Made by a program: the position numbers and the translations under genes
Notes under the pieces: model-generated
What the model saw: only the letters and a program-made list of their open reading frames with translations
What the model was told of the DNA's origin: nothing
Databases searched by the model: none
Origin: an uncultured Candidatus Rokubacteria bacterium
GTDB taxonomy: Bacteria > Methylomirabilota > Methylomirabilia > Rokubacteriales > DASRDR01
Assembly (NCBI GenBank): GCA_963826115.1
Contig: CAWGVS010000006.1
Location: 416,001 to 480,000 of the forward strand
DNA: 64,000 nt
Direction: 5' to 3'
Shown here: positions 19,259-28,896 of the stretch, piece after piece
How positions within the stretch are numbered: the first letter of the stretch is position 1
How the letters are laid out: the number at the start of each line of letters is the position of its first letter

Positions 19259-20422
19259 ATGCCGCTGTCCCACATCCGCGTCGTCGACCTCTGCCGCGCC
19301 CGGACCGGCCCCACCTGCATCCGGCAGCTCTCGGAGTTCGGCGCGCAGGTCATCAAGGTCGAGCTGCCCGAGGAGCAGGACGACGACGTCGGCGGCCGGC
19401 ACGGCTTCGACTTCCAGAACCTCCACCCGAACAAGCGGAGCCTCACGCTCAACCTGAAGGCCGAGGCCGGCCGCGAGGTGCTCTACCGGCTGGTCCGCCA
19501 GGCCGACGTCTTCGCCGAGAACTATCGCCCGGGGGTGAAGCACCGCCTCGGGATCGACTACGAGACCCTGTCGGCCATCAACCCCCGGCTCGTCTACGTG
19601 AGCATCTCCGGGTTCGGCCAGGCCGGCCCGTACGCCGACCGGGCGGGGCTCGACCAGATCGCCCAGGGACTCTCGGGCTTCATGACCGTCAATGGCTTCG
19701 CCGGCCAGGGGCCGCTCCGGGCGGGCCTGCCGATCGCCGACCTGACGGCGGGGCTGATGGCGGCCCACGGCGTGATGGTCGCGCTCCTCGAGCGCGAGCG
19801 CTCCGGACGCGGGCAGTGGGTGCACACCTCGCTCCTCCAGGCGATGGTCCGCCTGATGGACCTCCAGGCCGCGCGCTGGCTCATCGGCGGCGAGGTCCCC
19901 GGGCAGGCGGGCAACTACCACCCGGTCGGCGTGCCCACCGGCGTCTTCCGCTGCCGCGACGGCAGCATGATCATCCAGGCCGCCAACAACCGCCTCTACC
20001 AGCGCCTCTGCCGCGCGATCGACGCCCCCGAGCTCATCGACGACCCCCGGTTCGCGACGAGCGATCTCCGGCGCGGGCACCGCGAGGAGATGACGGAGGA
20101 GCTCGAGCGCCGCCTGGTCGCGCGCGACCGGGCGGACTGGCAGGGGCGGTTCGACGAGGCGGGCGTGCCCGCCGGCGCGATCCTCGACGTGAAGCAGACC
20201 TTCGAGGACCCCCAGGTGCGCACGCTGCCCGTGGAGCGGCCGGTGGTGAGCAAGGCCCTCGGGCCGATCCGGCTGGTCGGGCACGGCGTGAACCTCGAGC
20301 GGACGCCGCCCGTCATGCGGTCCGCCGCTCCCGAGCGCGGCGAGCACACGGAGGAGATCCTCCGCGAGCTCGGCTACCGGGACGACGAGGTCCGGGCGCT
20401 CCGCCAGGCGCGCGTCGTCTAG
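19259..20422 (+). CDS. CaiB/BaiF class III CoA-transferase
   Basis: PLSHIRVVDL, NKRSLTLNLK, ENYRPG, ISGFGQAGPY, GEHTEEIL. SD GGAGGAG. Confidence 0.93.
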   Translation: MPLSHIRVVDLCRARTGPTCIRQLSEFGAQVIKVELPEEQDDDVGGRHGFDFQNLHPNKRSLTLNLKAEAGREVLYRLVRQADVFAENYRPGVKHRLGIDYETLSAINPRLVYVSISGFGQAGPYADRAGLDQIAQGLSGFMTVNGFAGQGPLRAGLPIADLTAGLMAAHGVMVALLERERSGRGQWVHTSLLQAMVRLMDLQAARWLIGGEVPGQAGNYHPVGVPTGVFRCRDGSMIIQAANNRLYQRLCRAIDAPELIDDPRFATSDLRRGHREEMTEELERRLVARDRADWQGRFDEAGVPAGAILDVKQTFEDPQVRTLPVERPVVSKALGPIRLVGHGVNLERTPPVMRSAAPERGEHTEEILRELGYRDDEVRALRQARVV

Positions 20423-20454
20423 GCCCGGCGGCGCCGGCGGAACGCCGGCGCGCA

Positions 20455-21342
20455 CTACATCCGGAGGTCGGCCAGCAGCCGGCTCAGGTGGGCGAAGCCC
20501 ATCCGGGCGTAGGTCAGCGGGTGGGCCTTCTGCGGATCCTGCTCGGCCTCCACGACGAGCCAGCCCGTGTAGCCGGCGCCACGCAGGACCTCGAGCAGCG
20601 CCCGGTAGTCGACGCACCCGTCGCCGGGCACCGTGAAGACGCCGTCCACCACGGCGTCGAGGAAGCTCTGGTCGCGCCGGCGCGCGGTGTCGAGGACGGC
20701 GGGGCGGATGTCCTTGCAGTGCACGTGGGCGATCCGGCTCGCGTGGCGCCGCGCGACGCCGAGCACGTCGCCGCCCGCGTACGTGAGGTGCCCGGTGTCG
20801 AGGAGGAGGCCCACCGCCGGACCGGTCGCGGCCATCAGCCGGTCGATCTCGGCCTCGGTCTCCACGACCGTCCCCATGTGGTGGTGATAGGCGAGCCGCA
20901 TCCCGCGCCCGGCCAGGTGCTCGGCGACCTCGGTCAGCGCCTTGCCGAAGCCGGCCCAGTCCCCGTCGGCCAACCGCGGGCGCGAGGACAGCGGCACGCC
21001 GAGCCGTCCGTGGACGGACCCCGTTCCCTCGGCGAACACCACGGTCGTGGCGCCCAGGGCGGCCAGGAGGCCCGCATGGTCCTGCATCGCGGCGATCTCG
21101 TCCGTCGCGCCGCGGCGGACGAGGTGCGCGTCGTACCAGCCGGACACGAGGTCCAGCTGGTGCCGCTGGAGGACCGCCCGGAGCTCCGCCGGTCGCCGCG
21201 GGAACTTCCGTCCGAGCTCGATGCCGCCATAGCCCGCCCGCCGCGCCTCGTCGAGGCAGGTGTCGAGCGAGATGTCGTCGCCGAGGGTCTCGAGGTCGTC
21301 GTTGGTCCAGCCGATCGGATTGACGCCGATTCGTACGGGCAC
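20455..21342 (-). CDS. iolE: myo-inosose-2 dehydratase
   Basis: NPIGWTNDD, YHHHMGT, LDTGH, HVHCKD, FTVPGDG, VVEAEQDP. Confidence 0.95.
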   Translation of the reverse strand: MPVRIGVNPIGWTNDDLETLGDDISLDTCLDEARRAGYGGIELGRKFPRRPAELRAVLQRHQLDLVSGWYDAHLVRRGATDEIAAMQDHAGLLAALGATTVVFAEGTGSVHGRLGVPLSSRPRLADGDWAGFGKALTEVAEHLAGRGMRLAYHHHMGTVVETEAEIDRLMAATGPAVGLLLDTGHLTYAGGDVLGVARRHASRIAHVHCKDIRPAVLDTARRRDQSFLDAVVDGVFTVPGDGCVDYRALLEVLRGAGYTGWLVVEAEQDPQKAHPLTYARMGFAHLSRLLADLRM

Positions 21343-21343
21343 G

Positions 21344-23179
21344 CTAGCCTCCGGTTCGCTGACGGCGGCGCGCGACGTCGTAGGCCTGACGCGCCGCCTG
21401 GACCTCGGGTCGGACCGAGACCTCGGGCACCGGGACGTCCCACCACGCGCCGCCGCCGGTGAAGGGCCGGCCCGGGTCGGTCTCGATGACGACCACCGAG
21501 GTGCGGTCGCTCCGCCGTGCCCGCTCGAGGGCGCCCTCCAGGTCCGCGATCGTCTTGACCTGCTCGGCGTGGGCGCCGAGGCTCCGCGCGTGCGCCGCGA
21601 AGTCGACCGCCGGCGCCTCGGGCCCGAGGAGGTTGTTGAACGAGGCGCTCCCGCACGCCTGCTGCAGACGGTTGATGCAGCCGAAGCCGTGGTTGTCGAG
21701 CAGCACGACGACGAGCTTCTGACGCATCGCCACCGACGTGGCGATCTCGGAATTCATCATCAGGTAGCTGCCGTCGCCGACCATCACGAACACCTCGCGG
21801 TCGGGGAGCGCGAGCTTCACCCCGAGGCCGCCGGCGATCTCGTACCCCATGCAGGAGTACCCGTACTCGAGGTGGTAGCCGCGCGGGTCGCGCGTCCGCC
21901 AGAGGCGGCTCAGCTCGCCGGGCAGCCCGCCGGCTGCGCACACGACCACGTCGCGCGGCCCGGCCGCCCGGTTCACGGCGCCGATCACCTGTCCCTCGGT
22001 CGCCGGGACGTCCGCGCCGCCAGCGGTCGCGGCGTCGACCAGGCGGTTCCACTCCGCCGTGAGCCGGCGCGCCGTCTCCATGCGCGTGGCGGGCGCCCGC
22101 CAGCCGCCGAGCGCCGCCGACAGCTCCTCGAGGCCCCGGCGAGCGTCGCCCACCAGGGGCAGGGCGCCGTGCTTCCCGGCGTCGTGCGGGGCGACGTTCA
22201 GCGCCACCAGGGTCAGGCCCGGCCCCTGGAACAGGGCGCGGGAGCCCGAGGGGAAGTCCGCCAGCCGGGTCCCGACCGCGAGCACCAGGTCGGCGTCGGC
22301 CGCGAGCGCGTTCGCGGCGCTCGATCCGCACACCCCGATCGCGCCCACGCACGCCACGTGGTCCCAGGGGAGGGCGCCCTTGCCGGCCTGCGTCTCCGCG
22401 ACCGGGATGCCGTGGCGCTCGGCGAAGGCCCGGAGCGCGCCCTCGGCCAGCGAGTAGTGCACGCCGCCGCCGGCCACGATGAGCGGCCGCTCCGCACGGC
22501 GAAGCCGCTCGACCACCGCCGCGAGCTGCGCCGGGTCGGGACCGGGCCGCGGGAGCCGGTGCACCCGCGGCTCGAAGAAGTGCTCCGGGTACTCGAACGC
22601 CTCGGCCTGCACGTCCTGGGGGAGGGCGAGCGTCACGGGCCCGCAGGCGGCCGGGTCCGTCAGGACGGCCACGGCCGCGGGCAGGCTCTGGAGGAGCTGC
22701 TCGGGCCGCGTGATCCGGTCCCAGAACCGCGAGACGGGCCGGAAGCAGTCGTTCGCGGAGATCGTCGGGTCGCCGAAGTTCTCGACCTGCTGGAGGACCG
22801 GATCCGGGATGCGATTCGCGAAGACGTCGCCGGGCAGCAGGAGCACCGGCAGGCGGTTCACGTGGGCCACCGCCGCCGCCGTCACCAGATTCGTCGCGCC
22901 GGGACCGATCGACGTCGTGCAGGCCATCATGCGGCGCCGCGCGTGCGCCTTCGCGAAGGCGATGGCCGCGTGCGCCATGGCCTGCTCGTTGTGGGCCCGG
23001 AAGGTCGGGAGCCGGGACTGCGCCGCGTGCAGCGCCTCGCCGAGCCCCGCCACGTTGCCGTGGCCGAAGATCGCCCACACGCCCGCGAAGAGCGGCGCCT
23101 CGCCGCCGTCCACCTCGGTCGCCTGCGCGCCGAGGTACCGCACCAGCGCCTGGGCCATCGTCAGCCGAACGGTGCCCAT
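21344..23179 (-). CDS. iolD: 3D-(3,5/4)-trihydroxycyclohexane-1,2-dione acylhydrolase (ThDP-dependent)
   Basis: RLTMAQAL, IFGHGNVAG, HNEQAMAH, EYGYSCMGYEIAGGLG, GDGSYLMMNSE, WWDVPVPEVS. Confidence 0.97.
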   Translation of the reverse strand: MGTVRLTMAQALVRYLGAQATEVDGGEAPLFAGVWAIFGHGNVAGLGEALHAAQSRLPTFRAHNEQAMAHAAIAFAKAHARRRMMACTTSIGPGATNLVTAAAVAHVNRLPVLLLPGDVFANRIPDPVLQQVENFGDPTISANDCFRPVSRFWDRITRPEQLLQSLPAAVAVLTDPAACGPVTLALPQDVQAEAFEYPEHFFEPRVHRLPRPGPDPAQLAAVVERLRRAERPLIVAGGGVHYSLAEGALRAFAERHGIPVAETQAGKGALPWDHVACVGAIGVCGSSAANALAADADLVLAVGTRLADFPSGSRALFQGPGLTLVALNVAPHDAGKHGALPLVGDARRGLEELSAALGGWRAPATRMETARRLTAEWNRLVDAATAGGADVPATEGQVIGAVNRAAGPRDVVVCAAGGLPGELSRLWRTRDPRGYHLEYGYSCMGYEIAGGLGVKLALPDREVFVMVGDGSYLMMNSEIATSVAMRQKLVVVLLDNHGFGCINRLQQACGSASFNNLLGPEAPAVDFAAHARSLGAHAEQVKTIADLEGALERARRSDRTSVVVIETDPGRPFTGGGAWWDVPVPEVSVRPEVQAARQAYDVARRRQRTGG

Positions 23180-23231
23180 CTGGAACCTCCTCCCGGCGCG
23201 TCCCGGGCGCGCCGACGCCCGGAGCCTAGTC

Positions 23232-23261
23232 TTGACGGGCTTTCGCGCGCGATGCTACGGT
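23232..23261 (+). promoter_or_regulatory. Possible sigma-70 promoter for the DegT operon
   Basis: TTGACG-N18-TACGGT with TG extension, implying a ~160-nt leader. Confidence 0.4.
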
Positions 23262-23429
23262 CCCGCGCAGGCTAGATGCTTTTGCCGGAGTCCGCAAGCC
23301 TCGGCCAATGCTGGCCCTTGGCAGCGCGCTGAACCCATCCGTCGCGCCACCTGACCCGCTGGCGCTCGCATTTCCATCGGCGTCCGACTCGGTGAGGGAC
23401 AGGCCGACACGCCGGACCACGGAGGACGC

Positions 23430-24704
23430 ATGACCCGCAACGCGACCAAGCTGGCCCTCGACGGCGGGACGCCGGTGCGCAAGGAGCCCATCCTGCCCGG
23501 GTGGCCCGGCGGGCTCCTGATCGGCGCCGAGGAGAAGGCGCAGGTGCTGGAGGTGCTGGAGAGCCAGAGCCTCTACCGGCACTACGGCCCGCATCCCCGG
23601 CACAAGGCGGCGGAGCTCGAGCAGAAGTTCGCGGCGGCGATCGGCGCGCGCCACGCGCTCGCCGTGACGTCGGGGACCGGCGCGCTCCTGGTCGGGCTGG
23701 CCGCCCTCGGCGTCGGGCCCGGCGACGAGGTCATCGTGCCGACCTACACCTGGGTCGCGACGATCAATGCCGTGGTGACGCTGGGCGCGGTGCCGGTCTT
23801 CGTCGACATCGACGAGAGCCTCACGATGGATCCGCGCGCGGCGGAGGCCGCCATCACCGAGGCGACGGTGGCCATCGTGCCGGTGCACATGCGCGGCGCG
23901 GCGGCCGACATCGCCCCGATCCTGGCCATCGCGGCGCGGCGCGGCCTCGCGGTGCTCGAGGACGCCGCCCAGGCGGTCGGCGGCCTCTACCACGGGAAGC
24001 GGCTCGGCACCTTCGGCAAGTTCGGCGCGTTCAGCCTCCAGTACCACAAGACGATCACGACCGGCGAGGGCGGGATGGTCGTCAGCGACGACACCAAGAT
24101 GTTCGAGCGGGCGGTGCGCTACCACGACCAGGGCTCGGTGCGCGTCGAGGAGCTCGATCAGATGATCCCCGAGGAGAGCCCGCTCATCATCGGCGTCAAC
24201 TACCGGATGAGCGAGCTGACCGCCGCGGTGGGGGTCGCCCAGCTCGGCAAGATGGAGTGGATCATCGGCCAGATGCGCTCGCACAAGGCGCGCGCGGCCC
24301 GGGGCCTCGCCGGCATCCCCGGCGTGCGTCTCCGGCCGCTCGCGGACCCCGCGGGGGAGACGGGCGCGACGCTCATCTTCTCGGTGCCGTCGGCCGCCGC
24401 CGCCACGCGGTTCGCCGCCGCGCTCTCGGCCGAGAACGTGAAGGCATCGGTGCCGTGGACGAGCGGGCAGCACGTCTACTACCACTTCGACCAGCTGATC
24501 GAGCGCCGGTTCCTGTCGAAGCGCCACTGCGCGTGGGAGTGCCCGCACTACAAGGGCAAGGCGACCCTGAAGAAGGGACAGTTCCCACGGACCGACGAGA
24601 TCCTCCAGCACGCGGTGCACGTCGACCTCCACCCTCTCCTCGCCGAGTCGGATGTGGACGACATCGTGACCGCGGTCGACAAGGTCGCGGGCGCGATCCT
24701 GTGA
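23430..24704 (+). CDS. DegT/DnrJ/EryC1/StrS PLP aminotransferase
   Basis: LALDGGTPVR, SGTGAL, GVGPGDEVIVP, EDAAQA, FSLQYHKTITTGEGG, GVNYRMSE. Confidence 0.95.
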   Translation: MTRNATKLALDGGTPVRKEPILPGWPGGLLIGAEEKAQVLEVLESQSLYRHYGPHPRHKAAELEQKFAAAIGARHALAVTSGTGALLVGLAALGVGPGDEVIVPTYTWVATINAVVTLGAVPVFVDIDESLTMDPRAAEAAITEATVAIVPVHMRGAAADIAPILAIAARRGLAVLEDAAQAVGGLYHGKRLGTFGKFGAFSLQYHKTITTGEGGMVVSDDTKMFERAVRYHDQGSVRVEELDQMIPEESPLIIGVNYRMSELTAAVGVAQLGKMEWIIGQMRSHKARAARGLAGIPGVRLRPLADPAGETGATLIFSVPSAAAATRFAAALSAENVKASVPWTSGQHVYYHFDQLIERRFLSKRHCAWECPHYKGKATLKKGQFPRTDEILQHAVHVDLHPLLAESDVDDIVTAVDKVAGAIL

Positions 24705-25843
24705 GCGCGCCCGAGATCGGGATCGGCCTGCTCGGCCCCGCGGGGATCGGGCAGGCGCATGCGCACGCCTACACGCTCGTGCGGCAGGTCCTCTGGCCGC
24801 CGCCGGCGGTGCCCCGCCTCGTGCGGGTGTCCGGGCGGCAGATGGCGAAGGCGGAGCTGACGCGGGCCCGGTACGGATTCGAGCGGGCCGGGGAGCGCTG
24901 GCAGGAGCTGGTGAGCGATCCGGCGGTTCAGGCCCTCGACAACTGCGCGCCCAACCACCTCCACCTCGAGCCCTCGCTGGCGGCGATGCGAGCGGGCAAG
25001 CACGTGTTCTGCGAGAAGCCCCTCGGACGGACCGCGGCGGAGGCGCGGACCTTGCGGGACGCGGCGGTCCAGGCCGGGATCGTTCACATGGTCGGCTTCA
25101 ACTACCGCTTCGTGCCGGCCGTGGCGTTCACGCGCCGTCTGATCGACGAGGGCCGGCTGGGCCGGATCCATCACTTCCGCGCCCGCTTCGCGGACGCCTC
25201 GTTCCTGGACCCCGAGGCGCCGTTCACGTGGCATCAGGACGCAGAGGCGGCGGGATCGAACGCGCTCCTGGATCTCGGGAGCCACCTCATCGACCTCGCG
25301 CGGTTTCTCGTCGGCGAGCCGGCGGCGGTCAGCGGGGCGATCACGACGTTCGTGCCCGAGCGCCCGGACCCGGCGACCGGCCGGCGGCGCCGAGTCGAGA
25401 CGGAGGACGCCTTCGAGGCGACCGTGGAGTTCGCCGGGGGCGCGCTCGGCAGTCTCTCGGGGACGAACATGGCCGCCGGCCGCCGGGCGCACATGACGTT
25501 CGAGCTGAACGGCTCGGGCGGCACGGTGGCGTTCGACCTGGAGCGGCTCAACAGCCTGTCGGTCCACCTGCTCGGCGAGCGTCCGACCGGCGGCGGTCTC
25601 CGGGAGATCCACGTGACGGACGGCGATCACCCGTACGGGGGGGTCTGGTGGCCGCCCGGCCACTCGATCGGCTGGGAGGCCTCGCTCGTCCACGAGCTCG
25701 GCCACTTCCTCGGCGCCGTCGCCAACCGCCGCTCGGCGGGGCCGCTCGGCGCGACGTTCGAGGACGGCTACCGCTGCGCGGTGGTGTGCGACGCGATCCT
25801 CGAGGCCGCGCGCACCGGCCGGCGCATCGAGGTGCGCGAGTGA
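24701..25843 (+). CDS. Gfo/Idh/MocA oxidoreductase
   Basis: GTGA overlap with DegT stop; GKHVFCEKP, GFNYRF, DLGSHLID, WWPPGHSIGWE. Confidence 0.93.
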   Translation: MSAPEIGIGLLGPAGIGQAHAHAYTLVRQVLWPPPAVPRLVRVSGRQMAKAELTRARYGFERAGERWQELVSDPAVQALDNCAPNHLHLEPSLAAMRAGKHVFCEKPLGRTAAEARTLRDAAVQAGIVHMVGFNYRFVPAVAFTRRLIDEGRLGRIHHFRARFADASFLDPEAPFTWHQDAEAAGSNALLDLGSHLIDLARFLVGEPAAVSGAITTFVPERPDPATGRRRRVETEDAFEATVEFAGGALGSLSGTNMAAGRRAHMTFELNGSGGTVAFDLERLNSLSVHLLGERPTGGGLREIHVTDGDHPYGGVWWPPGHSIGWEASLVHELGHFLGAVANRRSAGPLGATFEDGYRCAVVCDAILEAARTGRRIEVRE

Positions 25844-25941
25844 CGAGCGTCTCGATCGCGCCGTCGGGCCGGCGTGGCCACCGACCGGGGCCGTCGGCCG
25901 CCACCTGACCGTCGAGTCGACGCTCGCCACTGGAGGACGGA

Positions 25942-27024
25942 ATGTCCCGGATCCGCATCGGCGTCGTGGGATGTGGCCTGATCGGCCAGATGATGCACCT
26001 GCCGCACCTCAAGGAGCTCCACGAGCTCTACGAGGTGGTGGCGCTCTGCGACGTCTCGCCGGGCACCCTCCGGTACGTCGGGGACTACTACGGGGTCGCC
26101 CGGCGCCACACCGACCACCGGGAGCTCCTCAAGGAGCCCCTCGACGCCGTCATGGTGCTGAGCGCCGACTCCCACGGCCAGGTCATCGTGGACGCGCTCC
26201 GGGCGAAGAAGCACGTCGTGACCGAGAAGCCGATGTGCTTTGCCATGAGCGAGGCCGACGAGATCCTCGCGGCCCACAAGGCCGCCGGCACCGTGTGCAT
26301 GGTGACCTACATGAAGCGCTACGACCCCGCCTACCGATACGTCGAGCCGCTGATCCGGGGGCTCAAGGACCTCCAGGCGATCGAGATCACCGTGCTCCAT
26401 CCCTCCGAGGCGAACCAGATCGGGCACCACGACATCCGGCGCTTCCCCGACGTGCCGGGCCCGCTGCGGACGCAGCTCCGCGCCGACCAGGACCGGCTGA
26501 TCCGCGAGGCGATCGGGCCCTTCACGCCGCTCGAGCGGCGGGTCTTCGCCGAGAACCTCCTGTCCACGCTCGTCCACGACGTGAACGTGCTCCGCGGTCT
26601 TTCCGGGGACCCGGCCGAGGTGCTGTTCACCGACGTCTGGGCCGGCGGGGAGAGCATGCTGAGCGTCCTGCGCTATCCGTCGGGGGTGCGCGCAACGATC
26701 GTCCTCCATTACCTCCCCGACCTCGCGAACTACCAGGAGACGGTCGCGTATTACGCGAAGGCGGACCGCGTGAAGCTCGTGTTCCCGTCGCCCTTCTTCC
26801 GCAACATGCCGACGGAGATCGTCGTGGAGTCGATGGAAGGGGGCAAGGCGGTGGAGAAGCGCGTCACCGCCTCCCTGAAGGAAGCGTTCAAGGAGGAGCT
26901 GATCCACTTCGCCGAGTGCGTTCGCACCGGCGCGCGCCCGATCACGACACCCGAGGAGGCGCGCGGGGACGTCGCCCTCCTCCACAAGATCTTCCACGCC
27001 ATCAAGCGGCCCCTCGTCGGATGA
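25942..27024 (+). CDS. Gfo/Idh/MocA oxidoreductase
   Basis: IGVVGCGLIG, HVVTEKPMC, YMKRYDP, LVHDVN. Confidence 0.93.
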   Translation: MSRIRIGVVGCGLIGQMMHLPHLKELHELYEVVALCDVSPGTLRYVGDYYGVARRHTDHRELLKEPLDAVMVLSADSHGQVIVDALRAKKHVVTEKPMCFAMSEADEILAAHKAAGTVCMVTYMKRYDPAYRYVEPLIRGLKDLQAIEITVLHPSEANQIGHHDIRRFPDVPGPLRTQLRADQDRLIREAIGPFTPLERRVFAENLLSTLVHDVNVLRGLSGDPAEVLFTDVWAGGESMLSVLRYPSGVRATIVLHYLPDLANYQETVAYYAKADRVKLVFPSPFFRNMPTEIVVESMEGGKAVEKRVTASLKEAFKEELIHFAECVRTGARPITTPEEARGDVALLHKIFHAIKRPLVG

Positions 27025-27070
27025 GCCACAGGTTGCCGCAGGCCGAGGGCCGTTCGGTCGAGATCCCCCG

Positions 27071-27868
27071 ATGAGCATGCGCCCCGAGACGCAGGCCGCC
27101 ATTGCCGCCGCCTGGACGGCCGGGCGGATCCTCGAGCGCTGGTTCGGCCGGGTCGGGCCCGTCCGGCTCAAGAGCGCGCGCGACCCGGTCACCCGGGCCG
27201 ACGGCGCGTCCGAGCGGGCGATCCGGCGGCTCCTCGGCCGGCGGTTCCCGACGATCGGGTTCCTCGGGGAGGAGGGCGGCACGGTGGCGACCGGGCCCGA
27301 CGGCCGCTGGATCGTCGACCCGCTCGACGGCACCATCGCCTTCGTCGCCGGGCTGCCGACGTTCGGCGTGTCGATCGCGCTGGAGCGCGCCGGGCGGCTC
27401 GAGGTGGGCGTCATGCTGTTCCCGCGTCTCCGCGAGCTGTTCGTCGCGGAGCGCGGCCGAGGCGCGTGGCTCAACGGCCGGCGGATCCACGTGACGCGGA
27501 CGCGGGACATGGCGCGCTGTGTCCTCTCGCTCTGGCACGAGGCCGGGCTCTGGCGGGACCGCCCGATGCGAGAGCGCGTCGCCCGGCTGGGCGCGGAGGT
27601 CCGCAGCGTCGCCATGGTGGGCGCGTGCTTCTCTCTCGCCTACGTGGCGGCGGGGCGGCTCGACGGCTACTGGGAGCGCCAGGCGCACCCGTGGGACGTG
27701 GCGGCCGGCGCGCTGCTTGTCCGGGAGGCGGGCGGCCGGGTGACCGGTGGCGCGGGCCAGCCCTTCGACGTGGACGAGGCGACCATCGTCGCCTCGAACG
27801 GCCGGATCCACGACCGGATGGTCGCCATCCTGAACGGGCGGCGCCCCCCGGCGCGCCGGACGCGATGA
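27071..27868 (+). CDS. Inositol monophosphatase family protein
   Basis: VTRAD, GEEG, WIVDPLDGT, YVAAGRLDGYWE, PWDVAAG. Confidence 0.93.
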   Translation: MSMRPETQAAIAAAWTAGRILERWFGRVGPVRLKSARDPVTRADGASERAIRRLLGRRFPTIGFLGEEGGTVATGPDGRWIVDPLDGTIAFVAGLPTFGVSIALERAGRLEVGVMLFPRLRELFVAERGRGAWLNGRRIHVTRTRDMARCVLSLWHEAGLWRDRPMRERVARLGAEVRSVAMVGACFSLAYVAAGRLDGYWERQAHPWDVAAGALLVREAGGRVTGGAGQPFDVDEATIVASNGRIHDRMVAILNGRRPPARRTR

Positions 27869-27996
27869 AGGACGGCGGCGCCCGGGTCCGGCTCGACGCG
27901 GTCACCAAGCGATTCGGCCAGACCCTTGCCGTCGACGCCGTCTCGCTGACCGTCGAGCCGGGCGAGTTCCTCACGGACGCCGCGGAGGTGACGTGA
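27865..27996 (+). pseudogene. N-terminal stub of an ABC ATPase
   Basis: MKDGGARVRLDAVTKRFGQTLAVDAVSLTVEPGEFLT then diverges and stops exactly where LLGPSGxGKT should start; ATGA overlap with the IMPase stop. Confidence 0.85.
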
Positions 27997-28874
27997 TGAC
28001 GGTGCCCCTGGCGCGCGGAAGGTTCGGCGTGTCGGCCTGGATCTACGGCGACGCGCCGCTCCCGGAGACCCTCGGCCGCATCGCCGCCGCCGGCTTCGAC
28101 GGGGTGGAGCTCCCCGGCGAGCCTGGCCGCTGGCCGCCGGCGGACCTGCGCCGCTGGCTCGGCGATCACGGGCTCGTGCCGGTCGCGCTGACGGCGTCCT
28201 GCTGGCTGACGACCGAGCGCGACCTCGCGCATCCCGACGCGCGGGTCCGCGGCGTCGCCGTGGACTATGTCCGGCGCTGCCTCGACATGGCGGCGGAGAT
28301 CGGGGCGCCCCTCGTGCAGATGCTCGCCTCCGGCGAGCCCCGCCTCGCGCCGATCGCCACCCGCGACGCGGAGTGGGCCTGGTCGGTGGCGGGCATGCAG
28401 GCGGCGGCGCGCGACGCGGAGCGGACCGGCGTGCGCATCTGCGTCGAGCCGCTGAACCGCTACGAGGCCTACCTCGTGACCTCGGCCCGCGAGGCCCTGG
28501 CCTACGTCGACGCCGTCGGATCGCACGCGGTCGGCATGACGCTCGATCTCTTCCACGCCAACATCGAAGAGCCCGACGTCGCGGCCTCGATTCGCCTGGC
28601 CGGGCCGCGGCTCTGGCACGTGCAGGCCGCCGACACGACGCGGCGGGGCCTCGGTCACGGGCACCTCGACCTCGCGGCGGTCGCGGCCGCGCTGGCGGCC
28701 ATCGACTACGGCGGCGCCCTGGTGGTGGAGATCGTGGCGCCGGGGCCCGACCCGTTCCGGGCGATCAAGGACGCCGAGTCCGCCGGGATCCTCGACCGCG
28801 ACATCCGGGAGTCGCTCGACCGGCTCCGGGCGCACTGGCCCCCGCGAGCCGGGGCGCGACGGCCAGGCAGGTGA
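27993..28874 (+). CDS. Sugar phosphate isomerase/epimerase (ketose 3-epimerase-like TIM barrel)
   Basis: GFDGVEL, VEPLNRYE, LDLFHANIEE, HVQAAD, GLGHGHLD. Confidence 0.9.
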   Translation: MMTVPLARGRFGVSAWIYGDAPLPETLGRIAAAGFDGVELPGEPGRWPPADLRRWLGDHGLVPVALTASCWLTTERDLAHPDARVRGVAVDYVRRCLDMAAEIGAPLVQMLASGEPRLAPIATRDAEWAWSVAGMQAAARDAERTGVRICVEPLNRYEAYLVTSAREALAYVDAVGSHAVGMTLDLFHANIEEPDVAASIRLAGPRLWHVQAADTTRRGLGHGHLDLAAVAAALAAIDYGGALVVEIVAPGPDPFRAIKDAESAGILDRDIRESLDRLRAHWPPRAGARRPGR

Positions 28875-28896
28875 TCGCGACCGGAGGGATTGCCCC

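Noticed and set aside
23262-23429. Riboswitch in the long DegT leader
   Set aside because: No known aptamer consensus recognised by eye; a cmscan would settle it.
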